DNA of 64,000 nt, from the IMG/VR virus record IMGVR_UViG_3300035675_000001. One strand, written 5' to 3'. Source of the DNA: a virus (lineage: Duplodnaviria; Caudoviricetes). This document shows positions 45,172 to 53,598 of this stretch, one piece after another. The notes below the pieces were generated by a model. It did no database searches and was not told the DNA's origin. It worked only from the letters and a program-made list of their open reading frames with translations. Within the stretch, counting starts at the first letter, position 1. Each line of letters opens with the position of its first letter. The position numbers were made by a program, and so were the translations under genes.

Positions 45172-47673
45172 TTAACGTATATTCACGCCAGCCGGAACTC
45201 CGCTGACTGTGACTGTGTTCCTTTTGACCGTTGTGCCAGGACTTGTCATCATGCGGTTGTTGGTGATCTCTCGGAAGTAGCGCAGCGATTCTTCCCGGCG
45301 CTGACGATCCATGTCGGCCTTGCGATCTACCTCGATCTTCTCCAGCAACTTTTTGGACCCGCCCTGGGCCTCGACGCCCTTCTTGGTCAGATCAACGATC
45401 TCAGCGTCGCGCTGCAAAGTCTCCCTCTCCGCCGAAGTGACCGAAGCCAGGCCAATTCGCTCGCGGGCCTGGGCGGCGGCTTCTTTGTAAACTTCCAGCA
45501 TTCTCTCCGTCCCACGCTCCGTGCTCAGCCCTTTGACCAGATGGACATTTTTCTCGAAGATACTCTGGATGGTGTCTTCTTTGCCTTCGTAAATCGCCTG
45601 GCGGATGTCTGCTGCCACGTCACCCCAGGACTTGGTGCCCTGAAACTGTGAGACGCCTGCCACGCTCGGCTTCTGCATGGCCTTGACCGAAGCCTCACCC
45701 ATCTGACGAGCAACCATTGCGATCCAGTTATCCGGCCATTTCTTGTCGATCCAGCGGCCTACGGCCCAGCCTGCCGCGCCAGCGGCAGCGACGGCAGCAA
45801 CCGGACCCATCATGCCCAGGCGACCAACCAAACCCCACAGGCGCGTATTCGCGCCGGACATTAGCGTGTTCAGTTTACCAATGCCTCCCAGGCCGGAGTA
45901 TTGAGTCTGGAGCATCGTCGGCAACGCCTTGCCAAGAAACCCTCCGATCCCAGGAATCTTGCTCGCGTATTTGGCCACGCTGCCGATACCGACGTTGATG
46001 CTTTGAAGAATTTTTCCGTAGGCAGCCTGCGTCGCCAGAGACTTGGTTAAAGTTCCAGTGAGTCCGCCCGGTCCTCCGCCGCCTGTTGCGCTTTGAGCCG
46101 CCGCCGCTAAGGCTGCGTTTTTGGCAACCGCCATAAGCGTAATCGCCAATTTTCCGAGCGACCAGATAGCCTTCACGATCCCTGCGGTCAAGATGGTGAA
46201 AGTCACATACATCGTCACCTTGTTGCTGGCGATCCAGGAAACGCCTTTGGCAACCAGGTCAAGGAACGGAGTGACCACGTTTTCGATCAATGGGTTGAAC
46301 CCGCGCTGGATCAGAGCAGTCAAAGATTCACGCACGCGACCCAGCGCCTTGTTGGCATTGGAAATCTGTTCCCGCCAGCGAGCTTCAAGCTTTTGCTGCT
46401 CATTCAGTGGTTCGTTGGCCTTGGCCATCATGTCGCTCCACAGCCGAATCGTCTCCGTGCTTGTGCCGAAAATCTGCGAGGCCGCTTCGAGCTGCGCGGT
46501 GTAGGCCATCGTGCCGGGCCGCGCACTGACGATGGTCTTAATCATCCGGTCGATGCCCTGCATCGCGGCCTGCGCCCCAGGCTGACCTGCAAGTGCCCCT
46601 GGAGTATTGACCCCGGACAAGCCGCGCAGCATGAAACCCTGAGCGGTGCCCTTGGTCATCTCTCCGAACATTTTGACGATCTCGCTGGAATCACCACCCA
46701 CGTCCTTCATCCGGCCTGCCATCATCGTCATGTAACCTGCGACTTGTGACGTGTTGCCCTGCATCGGGCCGAGCAACCGCAGGGCCTTGCCGATCTCCGT
46801 GGCGAAGCGCGTGGCCTCATCCGCTGCCAGAGAGGTCTGGTTGGCGATGGCGGCGATTTTGTCGGCGACCTCACGCACCGGGGTCTTCAAGTTGACCTCG
46901 AAAATGCGGGCGAGCTGGGCTGAATTTTCGTAGGAGACGCCAAGGCCCTCCTCCATTTGAACCATGACTTCCAGCGTGCTCTTGAACTTGCTGCCCATGT
47001 CAAAACCGACGCCAGTAAGCGCCTTGGCAGCAGCCAGCATATCCTTTTGCTCGTTGCCGGTCTTGGCCATGACCTCCCACACGTCCCGCGACAGCTCAGC
47101 CCGCTTGCTGGTCAAAGAGTTCGCCTCGATGAGCGATTGGTTCAGCTCGCCGCTCCGTTTCACGGCATCGACGAATCCCTTTACGATCAGGACTTCCATC
47201 GCAAACTCTTTGCCGCTCCACTTGTGAATCTGCTCGCGCAGGCTCAACTGAGCCTGAACCGCGTTAAGTTCCTTCTGCGCCTGATTCACTGACTGCTGGG
47301 CCACGTCCACGCTCTGCTGCTGCGCGGCCCTCTTTCGGGTCCAGTTTTTTCGGATGCTGTCCAGGACTTCCTGGTGGTAGCGCAACCCGGCAGTCGCCTG
47401 AGCTAATCTGTCCTTGTGCTCAGCAACCGCCGTGTTCATCTCCTCGATGGGGGTCACCAATGCGCGGGAAATACCCTGCAAAGACGGACCCAGCTTGATG
47501 CCGCTCAGGACGTATTCCATCAGGCCCTTGCGCTGGCTTTGGAGCTGCATGGCCAGCTCAGCAAAGTTCTTCGCAATGCCCTTGCTGGCCTTGTCCATCT
47601 TGAGCAGGTTCTCCGTAGTCACCCGGACAAGCTGGGATACTGCTTCCAAATCGCGTTGTTCGCTCGATGCCAT
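45172..47673 (-). CDS. Tape measure protein
   Basis: 833 aa, helical A/G/L-rich, central hydrophobic segment, GAAGWAVG motif. Confidence 0.75.
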   Translation of the reverse strand: MASSEQRDLEAVSQLVRVTTENLLKMDKASKGIAKNFAELAMQLQSQRKGLMEYVLSGIKLGPSLQGISRALVTPIEEMNTAVAEHKDRLAQATAGLRYHQEVLDSIRKNWTRKRAAQQQSVDVAQQSVNQAQKELNAVQAQLSLREQIHKWSGKEFAMEVLIVKGFVDAVKRSGELNQSLIEANSLTSKRAELSRDVWEVMAKTGNEQKDMLAAAKALTGVGFDMGSKFKSTLEVMVQMEEGLGVSYENSAQLARIFEVNLKTPVREVADKIAAIANQTSLAADEATRFATEIGKALRLLGPMQGNTSQVAGYMTMMAGRMKDVGGDSSEIVKMFGEMTKGTAQGFMLRGLSGVNTPGALAGQPGAQAAMQGIDRMIKTIVSARPGTMAYTAQLEAASQIFGTSTETIRLWSDMMAKANEPLNEQQKLEARWREQISNANKALGRVRESLTALIQRGFNPLIENVVTPFLDLVAKGVSWIASNKVTMYVTFTILTAGIVKAIWSLGKLAITLMAVAKNAALAAAAQSATGGGGPGGLTGTLTKSLATQAAYGKILQSINVGIGSVAKYASKIPGIGGFLGKALPTMLQTQYSGLGGIGKLNTLMSGANTRLWGLVGRLGMMGPVAAVAAAGAAGWAVGRWIDKKWPDNWIAMVARQMGEASVKAMQKPSVAGVSQFQGTKSWGDVAADIRQAIYEGKEDTIQSIFEKNVHLVKGLSTERGTERMLEVYKEAAAQARERIGLASVTSAERETLQRDAEIVDLTKKGVEAQGGSKKLLEKIEVDRKADMDRQRREESLRYFREITNNRMMTSPGTTVKRNTVTVSGVPAGVNIR

Positions 47674-47674
47674 A

Positions 47675-48223
47675 TCAGACCTTCACAATCGTTCCGTCTC
47701 TGATTAAGTAGCGGCCCCAAGGGGTCTCGAACTCCGCCCCGGCTGGCCAGCGCCTCCGCCTCACCAACTCCTTCATCCGCTCGATGACCGCGAGCTGCTG
47801 CGCCCGGTAGGAATTGCCGAACGGGATAAAGAGTTTGTTGACGTATTTTCCTCCCTCGACCGGCGAGGGCACCTGGAAATTCCACTCGATATTCAGGCCC
47901 TCGCCGGGGAGCGGCATCCCATACTTGGAATAGACCTTGAACGTGCTCTGTTCGGTGGGATAAACGTCCTTGAAGCCCATGTCATCGTCGTCGGCCTCCA
48001 GCATCATTTTGACGGCGTAGGCTGCCCGCTCTTTGATGGCGTGCGGCACCTTGCCCCCGGCGTCGGTGTTCTGGAAGCCCTTCTTCAAGTGCTTCTGGCC
48101 GGTGACCGCCGCGACCATGTTGATGAACTCCTGCGGCTGGCGCTTCATCGCGGCAAGACCCTTCCGCCGCGCATAGGACTTGGCCTCTGGCGGCAGCGGC
48201 AGCTTTTTCAGGTCGTCCCTCAC
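47675..48223 (-). CDS. Hypothetical protein (possible internal head protein)
   Basis: Basic N-terminus, MMLEADDD junction. Confidence 0.65.
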   Translation of the reverse strand: MRDDLKKLPLPPEAKSYARRKGLAAMKRQPQEFINMVAAVTGQKHLKKGFQNTDAGGKVPHAIKERAAYAVKMMLEADDDDMGFKDVYPTEQSTFKVYSKYGMPLPGEGLNIEWNFQVPSPVEGGKYVNKLFIPFGNSYRAQQLAVIERMKELVRRRRWPAGAEFETPWGRYLIRDGTIVKV

Positions 48224-48594
48224 TGGTGGATGCGAATGAGGTTGTTGGCGGCTGCCCGGATCGTAGTCAAGGCGTGCGTCTGCTCCGGCGAGGGATTGGT
48301 CAGGCTCGCCTGGAGCCGTTTGAGCGCACTCAGGATCGTCCGGGCCGAAGCAACCTCATTGCTCTCCTCAGCAGCATCGTCATGACCCAGGACTTCGCTG
48401 ACGATGGCCGAACCGATGGTGCGGAGGCTTTCCATCTCGGAATGCTTGGTCCCGGCAAAGTGGCGCAGTTGCGTAATGTTCATGGACTGAGCCATGCCTT
48501 TGGCCGGGCCTTTCAACCCTTTAGTCGTGCCTTTGCGCTTGGCATCCAGGGCCGCTCCCGCAGCGCCTTGCTGTTCTGGACTTACGGATGGCAT
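48220..48594 (-). CDS. DUF3008-like protein
   Basis: MPSVSPEQQGAAGAALDAKRKG..LKGPAKGMAQSM..QLRHFAGTK. Confidence 0.7.
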   Translation of the reverse strand: MPSVSPEQQGAAGAALDAKRKGTTKGLKGPAKGMAQSMNITQLRHFAGTKHSEMESLRTIGSAIVSEVLGHDDAAEESNEVASARTILSALKRLQASLTNPSPEQTHALTTIRAAANNLIRIHQ

Positions 48595-48697
48595 AATCGT
48601 TCAATTTCAAAGGTTTGCGCCACATCGGCGCGTTCTTACGCTCTAACTACCCCTGGTTGGGCATGAAAAAAATGTAAACAAAAGTGCATTTACCCCC

Positions 48698-48726
48698 TTG
48701 ACGGCGAACTTTTTATCGTTTACAGT
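48698..48726 (+). promoter_or_regulatory. Host sigma70-type early promoter
   Basis: TTGACG-17 nt-TACAGT. Confidence 0.7.
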
Positions 48727-48736
48727 TTTGACCAGA

Positions 48737-49105
48737 ATGAATGCTACGAACATCCAGTCGAACTTGAAACAGATCGAGCGCACCTTCCAGGTCGCGCTGT
48801 TCAACGAGACCCGCGAGCTGAAAGCCAACGGCTTCCAGTTCACCGGCCAGCCCGAACCCACCCGCTTTCACGCCAACGGGGTCGTGGCCGTGCGCTACCG
48901 CACGAGCCGCAAATTGCACCTGGCCAGCGTGGAGATCGAGACCAAGCCCGAAGAAGTGGAGCGCCTGACCAAGCACCCCTTCAACTGGCGCAAAGGCGAC
49001 GGCATCGCCTACCGCGTGACCGGCTTCCGCAGCTTTGGCAACTTCCGTTCCGTGCTCATCCCCCTGGACTGGGCCGACAAATTCACCCCTGACCGCTTTG
49101 CCTGA
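48737..49105 (+). CDS. Early hypothetical protein
   Basis: ATG 48737 (MNATNIQ) 10 nt after -10 box. Confidence 0.7.
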   Translation: MNATNIQSNLKQIERTFQVALFNETRELKANGFQFTGQPEPTRFHANGVVAVRYRTSRKLHLASVEIETKPEEVERLTKHPFNWRKGDGIAYRVTGFRSFGNFRSVLIPLDWADKFTPDRFA

Positions 49106-49106
49106 T

Positions 49107-50228
49107 ATGAACGACCACATGAAAAATCTGACGGACTTCATGGAGAAAAAGGCTCCCGCCGCCTTCCATGCCTGTCACCCGCGCAACATCACACCGCCGC
49201 CCAACTACGCGAACCCCAAGCATTACGCGACCTCGATGGTCGCCAACATGATGGTGGTTCAGAACCCGGACATGCGGCAGCTCCCGCACCTGACGGCCTA
49301 CATGACCACACTCCAGTTGATCGCCAACAAGGTGCCGACCTACTTCATCGCCTACGAGTTCTGCCACGCCGTGGCCAACACGGACCTGCCCTTGGACTTC
49401 AAATTCGCCGAGATCAAGTGGCCCCTGGACGCGCAGCTCTTTGTCCTGCCGGACCAGTTCGTCTCCCAGTATTTCGGCTGCTACGCGCCGTTCCTCTCGG
49501 TCTGCCGCTGCCCGAAGGGCTTCTACCCTGACATGCTCAAGCTGCCGGTCCACGAGGTCGAACTCTGCGACTTCGAGAACCAGGTGGACAAATTCTCCGT
49601 GGACTACCCGGTCTATCACGCGAACGGCACACCCACCGACTACAACGGCAACTACCCGCTGAGCATGGGCGTCGAAGTGTTCAAAAGCGCCGACTGGGTG
49701 GACTCCACTGTGTTCGAGCAAGAATACCACGGCGTGCCCATCGCCTTCCGCGAGCAGGAGCTTACGCCCGAACGAGAGAAGGTTTTTGTGGACAAGGCCC
49801 TGATGTTCGCCATGAAGCTCATCCTGGCCGTCTCCTGCCGCCCTGGCGTCGTCGAGCACGGCCACTGCACCCGGCCCGCGAAGATCAAGCAGGGCCGCGT
49901 CATCTACAAAGACATGTGGAGTCCGAACGTCATCGGGCGCACCTACCGCATCCCGCGCCAGGGAGCTGTCGGGACCAGCACTCCAGGCCGCAAGCCCCGT
50001 TTCACTTTCCGGCGCGGTCATTACGCCTGGGTCGCCAAGCGTTTCAAAAACGTCGAGTTCGTCTCAGTCGAAGCCATGCCCCACAAGCCTGATGGCACCA
50101 TCGACTTCGATGTCGCCGGTGAGGAGCTGTCGAGCAAGTTCCGCACGGTCCACGAGCGCCAATGGATCGAAGGCATTCTCTTTGGGGATGAAGGAGATAC
50201 CAGCAACTCATGTGCCACACCGTCCTAA
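49107..50228 (+). CDS. Early hypothetical protein with C-terminal RRGH motif
   Basis: ATG 49107; PRFTFRRGHYAWV. Confidence 0.7.
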   Translation: MNDHMKNLTDFMEKKAPAAFHACHPRNITPPPNYANPKHYATSMVANMMVVQNPDMRQLPHLTAYMTTLQLIANKVPTYFIAYEFCHAVANTDLPLDFKFAEIKWPLDAQLFVLPDQFVSQYFGCYAPFLSVCRCPKGFYPDMLKLPVHEVELCDFENQVDKFSVDYPVYHANGTPTDYNGNYPLSMGVEVFKSADWVDSTVFEQEYHGVPIAFREQELTPEREKVFVDKALMFAMKLILAVSCRPGVVEHGHCTRPAKIKQGRVIYKDMWSPNVIGRTYRIPRQGAVGTSTPGRKPRFTFRRGHYAWVAKRFKNVEFVSVEAMPHKPDGTIDFDVAGEELSSKFRTVHERQWIEGILFGDEGDTSNSCATPS

Positions 50229-50248
50229 TCGCATAAAACTTTATGCGA
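50229..50248. promoter_or_regulatory. Palindrome TCGCATAAA-AC-TTTATGCGA (operator-like)
   Basis: Perfect 9-bp arms, 20 nt upstream of TTGACA. Confidence 0.55.
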
Positions 50249-50268
50249 ATAAAAAGATACGAACCCTC

Positions 50269-50297
50269 TTGACACCGAACTCGAAATAGTCCACATT
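50269..50297 (+). promoter_or_regulatory. Host sigma70-type early promoter
   Basis: TTGACA-17 nt-CACATT; aligns with the 48698 promoter. Confidence 0.55.
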
Positions 50298-50374
50298 TAG
50301 CGCGTAACGAAGGTTGGGCATGTCGCCCGGCCAAGAATGAAAGACAGAAACAACGAACAGAGAAAGACGATAAT

Positions 50375-51145
50375 ATGCACGAATCCAAACTGATGCTCCA
50401 TTGTGGCGGTCAACTCGCAACCCGTGAACAGATCGCTGCCGTCCAAACCCCGACCCCCACCAAGACCTGGGTGCCGGTCCCGCACATCACCCTCATCAAC
50501 CGCGTCGAGGAAGCCTTGACCACCTTCCAGATGCGCGTCGTAACTTCCGCCTTCGCCCTGGCCAAGTCCGGCGAACGCTTCTTCGGCCTCATGCAGATCG
50601 CGCTGGCCGACCGCGAGGAGAAGGACTACGGCTACGTCCTCAGCCTCCGCAACGCCCACGACAAAGCCTGGCAGGTGCTCATGGGCGTCGGCTCCAACGC
50701 CTTCGTGTGCGACAACCTCGCCTTCTCCACCGAAATCCAAGTGTGCCGCAAGCACACCAACCGCGTGCTCCTGGACCTCCCCAACCTGGTTGGCCGGGCC
50801 GCTGGCCAGCTCGCTGAACGCTGGAGCGACCAGGGCACCCGCATCGAAGCCTACAAGCAGCACGAGCTGACTGACTCCCAGGCCAACGACCTCATCGTCC
50901 GCGCCTACGAGGGCGGCGTGGCCCCCATCACCATCCTCCCGGAAGTCATCAAGGAATGGCGCACCCCGCGTCACCCGGAGTTCGCTGAGAGCCGGAACGT
51001 GTGGCGGCTGTTCAACGCCTTCACCGAAGGTCTCAAGGGCAACCTGTGGGCACTCCCGAAGCGGACCCAGGCCCTCCACGCGCTGATGGACACCCAGGTC
51101 GGACTCCTCGGTCGGCAGACGGCCATGACCGTCCAGGCCAACTAA
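50375..51145 (+). CDS. DUF932/DUF945 family protein
   Basis: LMLHCGG..TPTPTKTWVPVPH..LRNAHDK..GSNAFVCDNLAF..WRLFNAFTE. Confidence 0.85.
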   Translation: MHESKLMLHCGGQLATREQIAAVQTPTPTKTWVPVPHITLINRVEEALTTFQMRVVTSAFALAKSGERFFGLMQIALADREEKDYGYVLSLRNAHDKAWQVLMGVGSNAFVCDNLAFSTEIQVCRKHTNRVLLDLPNLVGRAAGQLAERWSDQGTRIEAYKQHELTDSQANDLIVRAYEGGVAPITILPEVIKEWRTPRHPEFAESRNVWRLFNAFTEGLKGNLWALPKRTQALHALMDTQVGLLGRQTAMTVQAN

Positions 51146-51160
51146 CCCGCCAACCCCAAC

Positions 51161-51182
51161 GGGGGCCGGGAGTCCGGCCCCC
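51161..51182 (+). terminator. GC hairpin, possible terminator/stabiliser
   Basis: GGGGGCCGG-GAGT-CCGGCCCCC, weak U-tail. Confidence 0.5.
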
Positions 51183-51196
51183 AACTCTTTACCACC

Positions 51197-51412
51197 ATGA
51201 ACAAAAAAATCAAAATCACGATCCAACGCCTCGAAAACCTGGGCATCGGCGCTCCCTACAAGATCAGCAAGCTCGTCAACGCTGTGCGCGTCACCAGTGG
51301 CGTCAGGGGGCACGACAGCCAGAGCGACCACGCTGTTGGCGATGGACTCCGCGAGGAGCAGATCGAAGGCTTGCTCAAGAACCGCCGCTACGAAGTCACC
51401 GTCACCCTGTAA
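51197..51412 (+). CDS. Small hypothetical protein
   Basis: 71-aa ORF. Confidence 0.65.
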   Translation: MNKKIKITIQRLENLGIGAPYKISKLVNAVRVTSGVRGHDSQSDHAVGDGLREEQIEGLLKNRRYEVTVTL

Positions 51413-51416
51413 GCCT

Positions 51417-51797
51417 ATGCTCGATCCAATCCCCACGTTCGCTATGCAGCTCATCGTGTCCGGCCAGAACGCCGAGCTGGTCAACGGCCTGTGTGCCGTG
51501 CTCCGCAATCCTATCGCCTGGCAGCCCAGGTCACCTGAACCCATGCCGCAAGACACGCGCATGTGGGAAGCGAACGTGGGCGATTGGCAGCTCGTCCTGG
51601 TGGACTTTGACATCAGCACGCAGCCCAAGCGCAAGCCCGGCGACCGGGGCCAAAACGTCACGATGTCCAACAAGAAGTCCGGCCTCATCGTTATGAGCGA
51701 CGGCATCATGCAGCACGAGGTAGCCCGCTGGCTCCTGGAGCGCATGGATCAATACGGCGGCGGGAAGTCCGATGCCGCCTGGAAAGTGAAAGGCTGA
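51417..51797 (+). CDS. Hypothetical protein
   Basis: ATG 51417 (MLDPIPT). Confidence 0.65.
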   Translation: MLDPIPTFAMQLIVSGQNAELVNGLCAVLRNPIAWQPRSPEPMPQDTRMWEANVGDWQLVLVDFDISTQPKRKPGDRGQNVTMSNKKSGLIVMSDGIMQHEVARWLLERMDQYGGGKSDAAWKVKG

Positions 51798-51798
51798 T

Positions 51799-52008
51799 AT
51801 GAACGACAGACACGAAGAACACCACATCACGCTGAGCGGCCTGGTTAGCTGGGCAGCGGCCATCTACCTGCTGGTGACAGCCATCCTTTGGCTCGCAGTT
51901 CGATCCCCGGTATGGCTCATAAAGCTGGTGGTTTACGGTATCTGCACCGTGTTGACCGCCGCCGTGATCTACGGTTACGCGAAGGCCATAATCGAAGGAA
52001 CGCTTTAG
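51799..52008 (+). CDS. Small membrane protein (2 TM)
   Basis: Two hydrophobic stretches. Confidence 0.65.
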   Translation: MNDRHEEHHITLSGLVSWAAAIYLLVTAILWLAVRSPVWLIKLVVYGICTVLTAAVIYGYAKAIIEGTL

Positions 52009-52036
52009 TCAGTTCGTTGGTCATTCATTCAAACAG

Positions 52037-52071
52037 AAAGCCCCGCCTGGATCGCTCCGGGCGGGGCTTTT
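52037..52071. terminator. Bidirectional Rho-independent terminator
   Basis: AAAGCCCCGCCTGGA-TCGC-TCCGGGCGGGGCTTTT between convergent early island and MCP. Confidence 0.85.
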
Positions 52072-52088
52072 GAATTGGACAACGGCGC

Positions 52089-53543
52089 TTAGCCGATGAC
52101 GGAACCGAAGGTCGTCGGGGAGTTCTGCACCAAGCCCCGGCAATACATCTTCGAGTTAATCATCTTCCGGGCGAAGCTCGTTGCAAAGCCCCGCTGGTGG
52201 ATGAAGTCGGGCAACACCACATCAGGCGTGGTGTAGAGTTTCTGGTATTCAGCCAAAACGTAGCCCGTGGTGAGGAACTGATCGCCCTTGTGTCCGACCA
52301 ACCACTCGTTGACCGGGAAGTGCGGGTCCGCAAACACCTTCTTGTTGCCGAGATCACCCAGGTAGGTGATGCCCTGCATCTGAGTCCGGGCATTGCGGGC
52401 CACGAACTGAGGCAGAGTGGCAACAACCGTCGCAGCCTGGAGGCCGAGGAGCAGCCAATTTCCGGCGACCATGTTGGTTGCGCCGAAGATGAAGTTGCTC
52501 GCCGTCTCGAAGGCGTCGATGATGCTGAACTTGTGGGTCTGGTAGTTCACCGAGGGCGGAGCCACGGCGTCCCAAACCACGAAGCCAGCGTCGGCACGAG
52601 CACGCAAATCGAAAATGACTTGGCGGTGCTTCTGGTAGGTCAACGCATTCGTCAGGGCGTTGAGCAGGACGCTCTCAGCCTTGATGTTATACATTGCCTG
52701 GAGGTTCTGATCCGCTTCCTCGGACCAGAGAGTCTTGAGCTTCATCACCTTCGCCGTGACCGGCGTGGAGCTGAGCTTCATCTCGTAGTCCTGGATGTTC
52801 AGGTTGCCCTCAGCGTTGAACGCATAGGTCGCGCTGTAGGTCGCGGCTGCCGCAACACCAGTGATGGTGATAGCGCCGGTGACGTAGTTCACCGTGCCGC
52901 CCAGGATGGCACCAACCGGAAGGATGTTGCCATTGCTGTCATCAGTGGTCACGTCCGAGCCAACCGTGATCGTCACGGTCCCGGCGCGGATCGGATACCA
53001 CTCCAACTGCCCGGCGTTGCCCGACAGGGTGCCGGTCTCGTCCTGAACGAGTTCGTCACCGTCGTCGTCGCGGTCCACCGCGCCTTGCAGAGCACGCCAC
53101 ATGGGAGCGCCAGCAGGGGTGCGGCCTTTGCGCCGACCGGTCACGATGTCCATGTAAACGATCTGGCTCACCGGACCAGCCATAGGCTGGAGGGCGACGA
53201 GCTGGTCGATCACATCGTTCTCGGACATGTTCGCAATGATGGGGAAAATCCATTTGTCGAACGTGCCCAGGGACGTGGTGCGAGTCACTTCGTCGAGTTG
53301 ACCGAAGCGGCTGCGGCAGTTTTCGAGCATAATCGCCGTGTAGGCCCGTTTGTGTTCGGGCATGTGGGCGACGAACTCCTTCCAGCCTTTGGCTTCCCAA
53401 AGGCCCTTGGGATTTTTGTCGGTAATTCCGACCGGCGTTTCGGCAAGTTTGTAACCCCATTCCAGCGTTTCCGTGAAACGGGCGATATGACCGCCGTTGG
53501 TCGCCAGCATCGGCCTACCGGTTACTGAGTCTTGAATAACCAT
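52089..53543 (-). CDS. gp23: Major capsid protein, T4 gp23-like
   Basis: AIMLENC, VALQPMAGPVSQIVY, VTAKVMKLKT.WSEEADQNLQAMYNI, RGFATSFA. Confidence 0.95.
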   Translation of the reverse strand: MVIQDSVTGRPMLATNGGHIARFTETLEWGYKLAETPVGITDKNPKGLWEAKGWKEFVAHMPEHKRAYTAIMLENCRSRFGQLDEVTRTTSLGTFDKWIFPIIANMSENDVIDQLVALQPMAGPVSQIVYMDIVTGRRKGRTPAGAPMWRALQGAVDRDDDGDELVQDETGTLSGNAGQLEWYPIRAGTVTITVGSDVTTDDSNGNILPVGAILGGTVNYVTGAITITGVAAAATYSATYAFNAEGNLNIQDYEMKLSSTPVTAKVMKLKTLWSEEADQNLQAMYNIKAESVLLNALTNALTYQKHRQVIFDLRARADAGFVVWDAVAPPSVNYQTHKFSIIDAFETASNFIFGATNMVAGNWLLLGLQAATVVATLPQFVARNARTQMQGITYLGDLGNKKVFADPHFPVNEWLVGHKGDQFLTTGYVLAEYQKLYTTPDVVLPDFIHQRGFATSFARKMINSKMYCRGLVQNSPTTFGSVIG

Positions 53544-53598
53544 AGGTTTCGCTTTTCTCTTTGTTGTTTGCTGTTCCGGTTAAGTTGGCTGACAACCA

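Noticed and set aside
25426-47673. Tailocin / eCIS / T6SS interpretation of sheath, tube, spike and baseplate genes
   Set aside because: Portal, major capsid, prohead protease, primase and sigma-like genes show a complete phage
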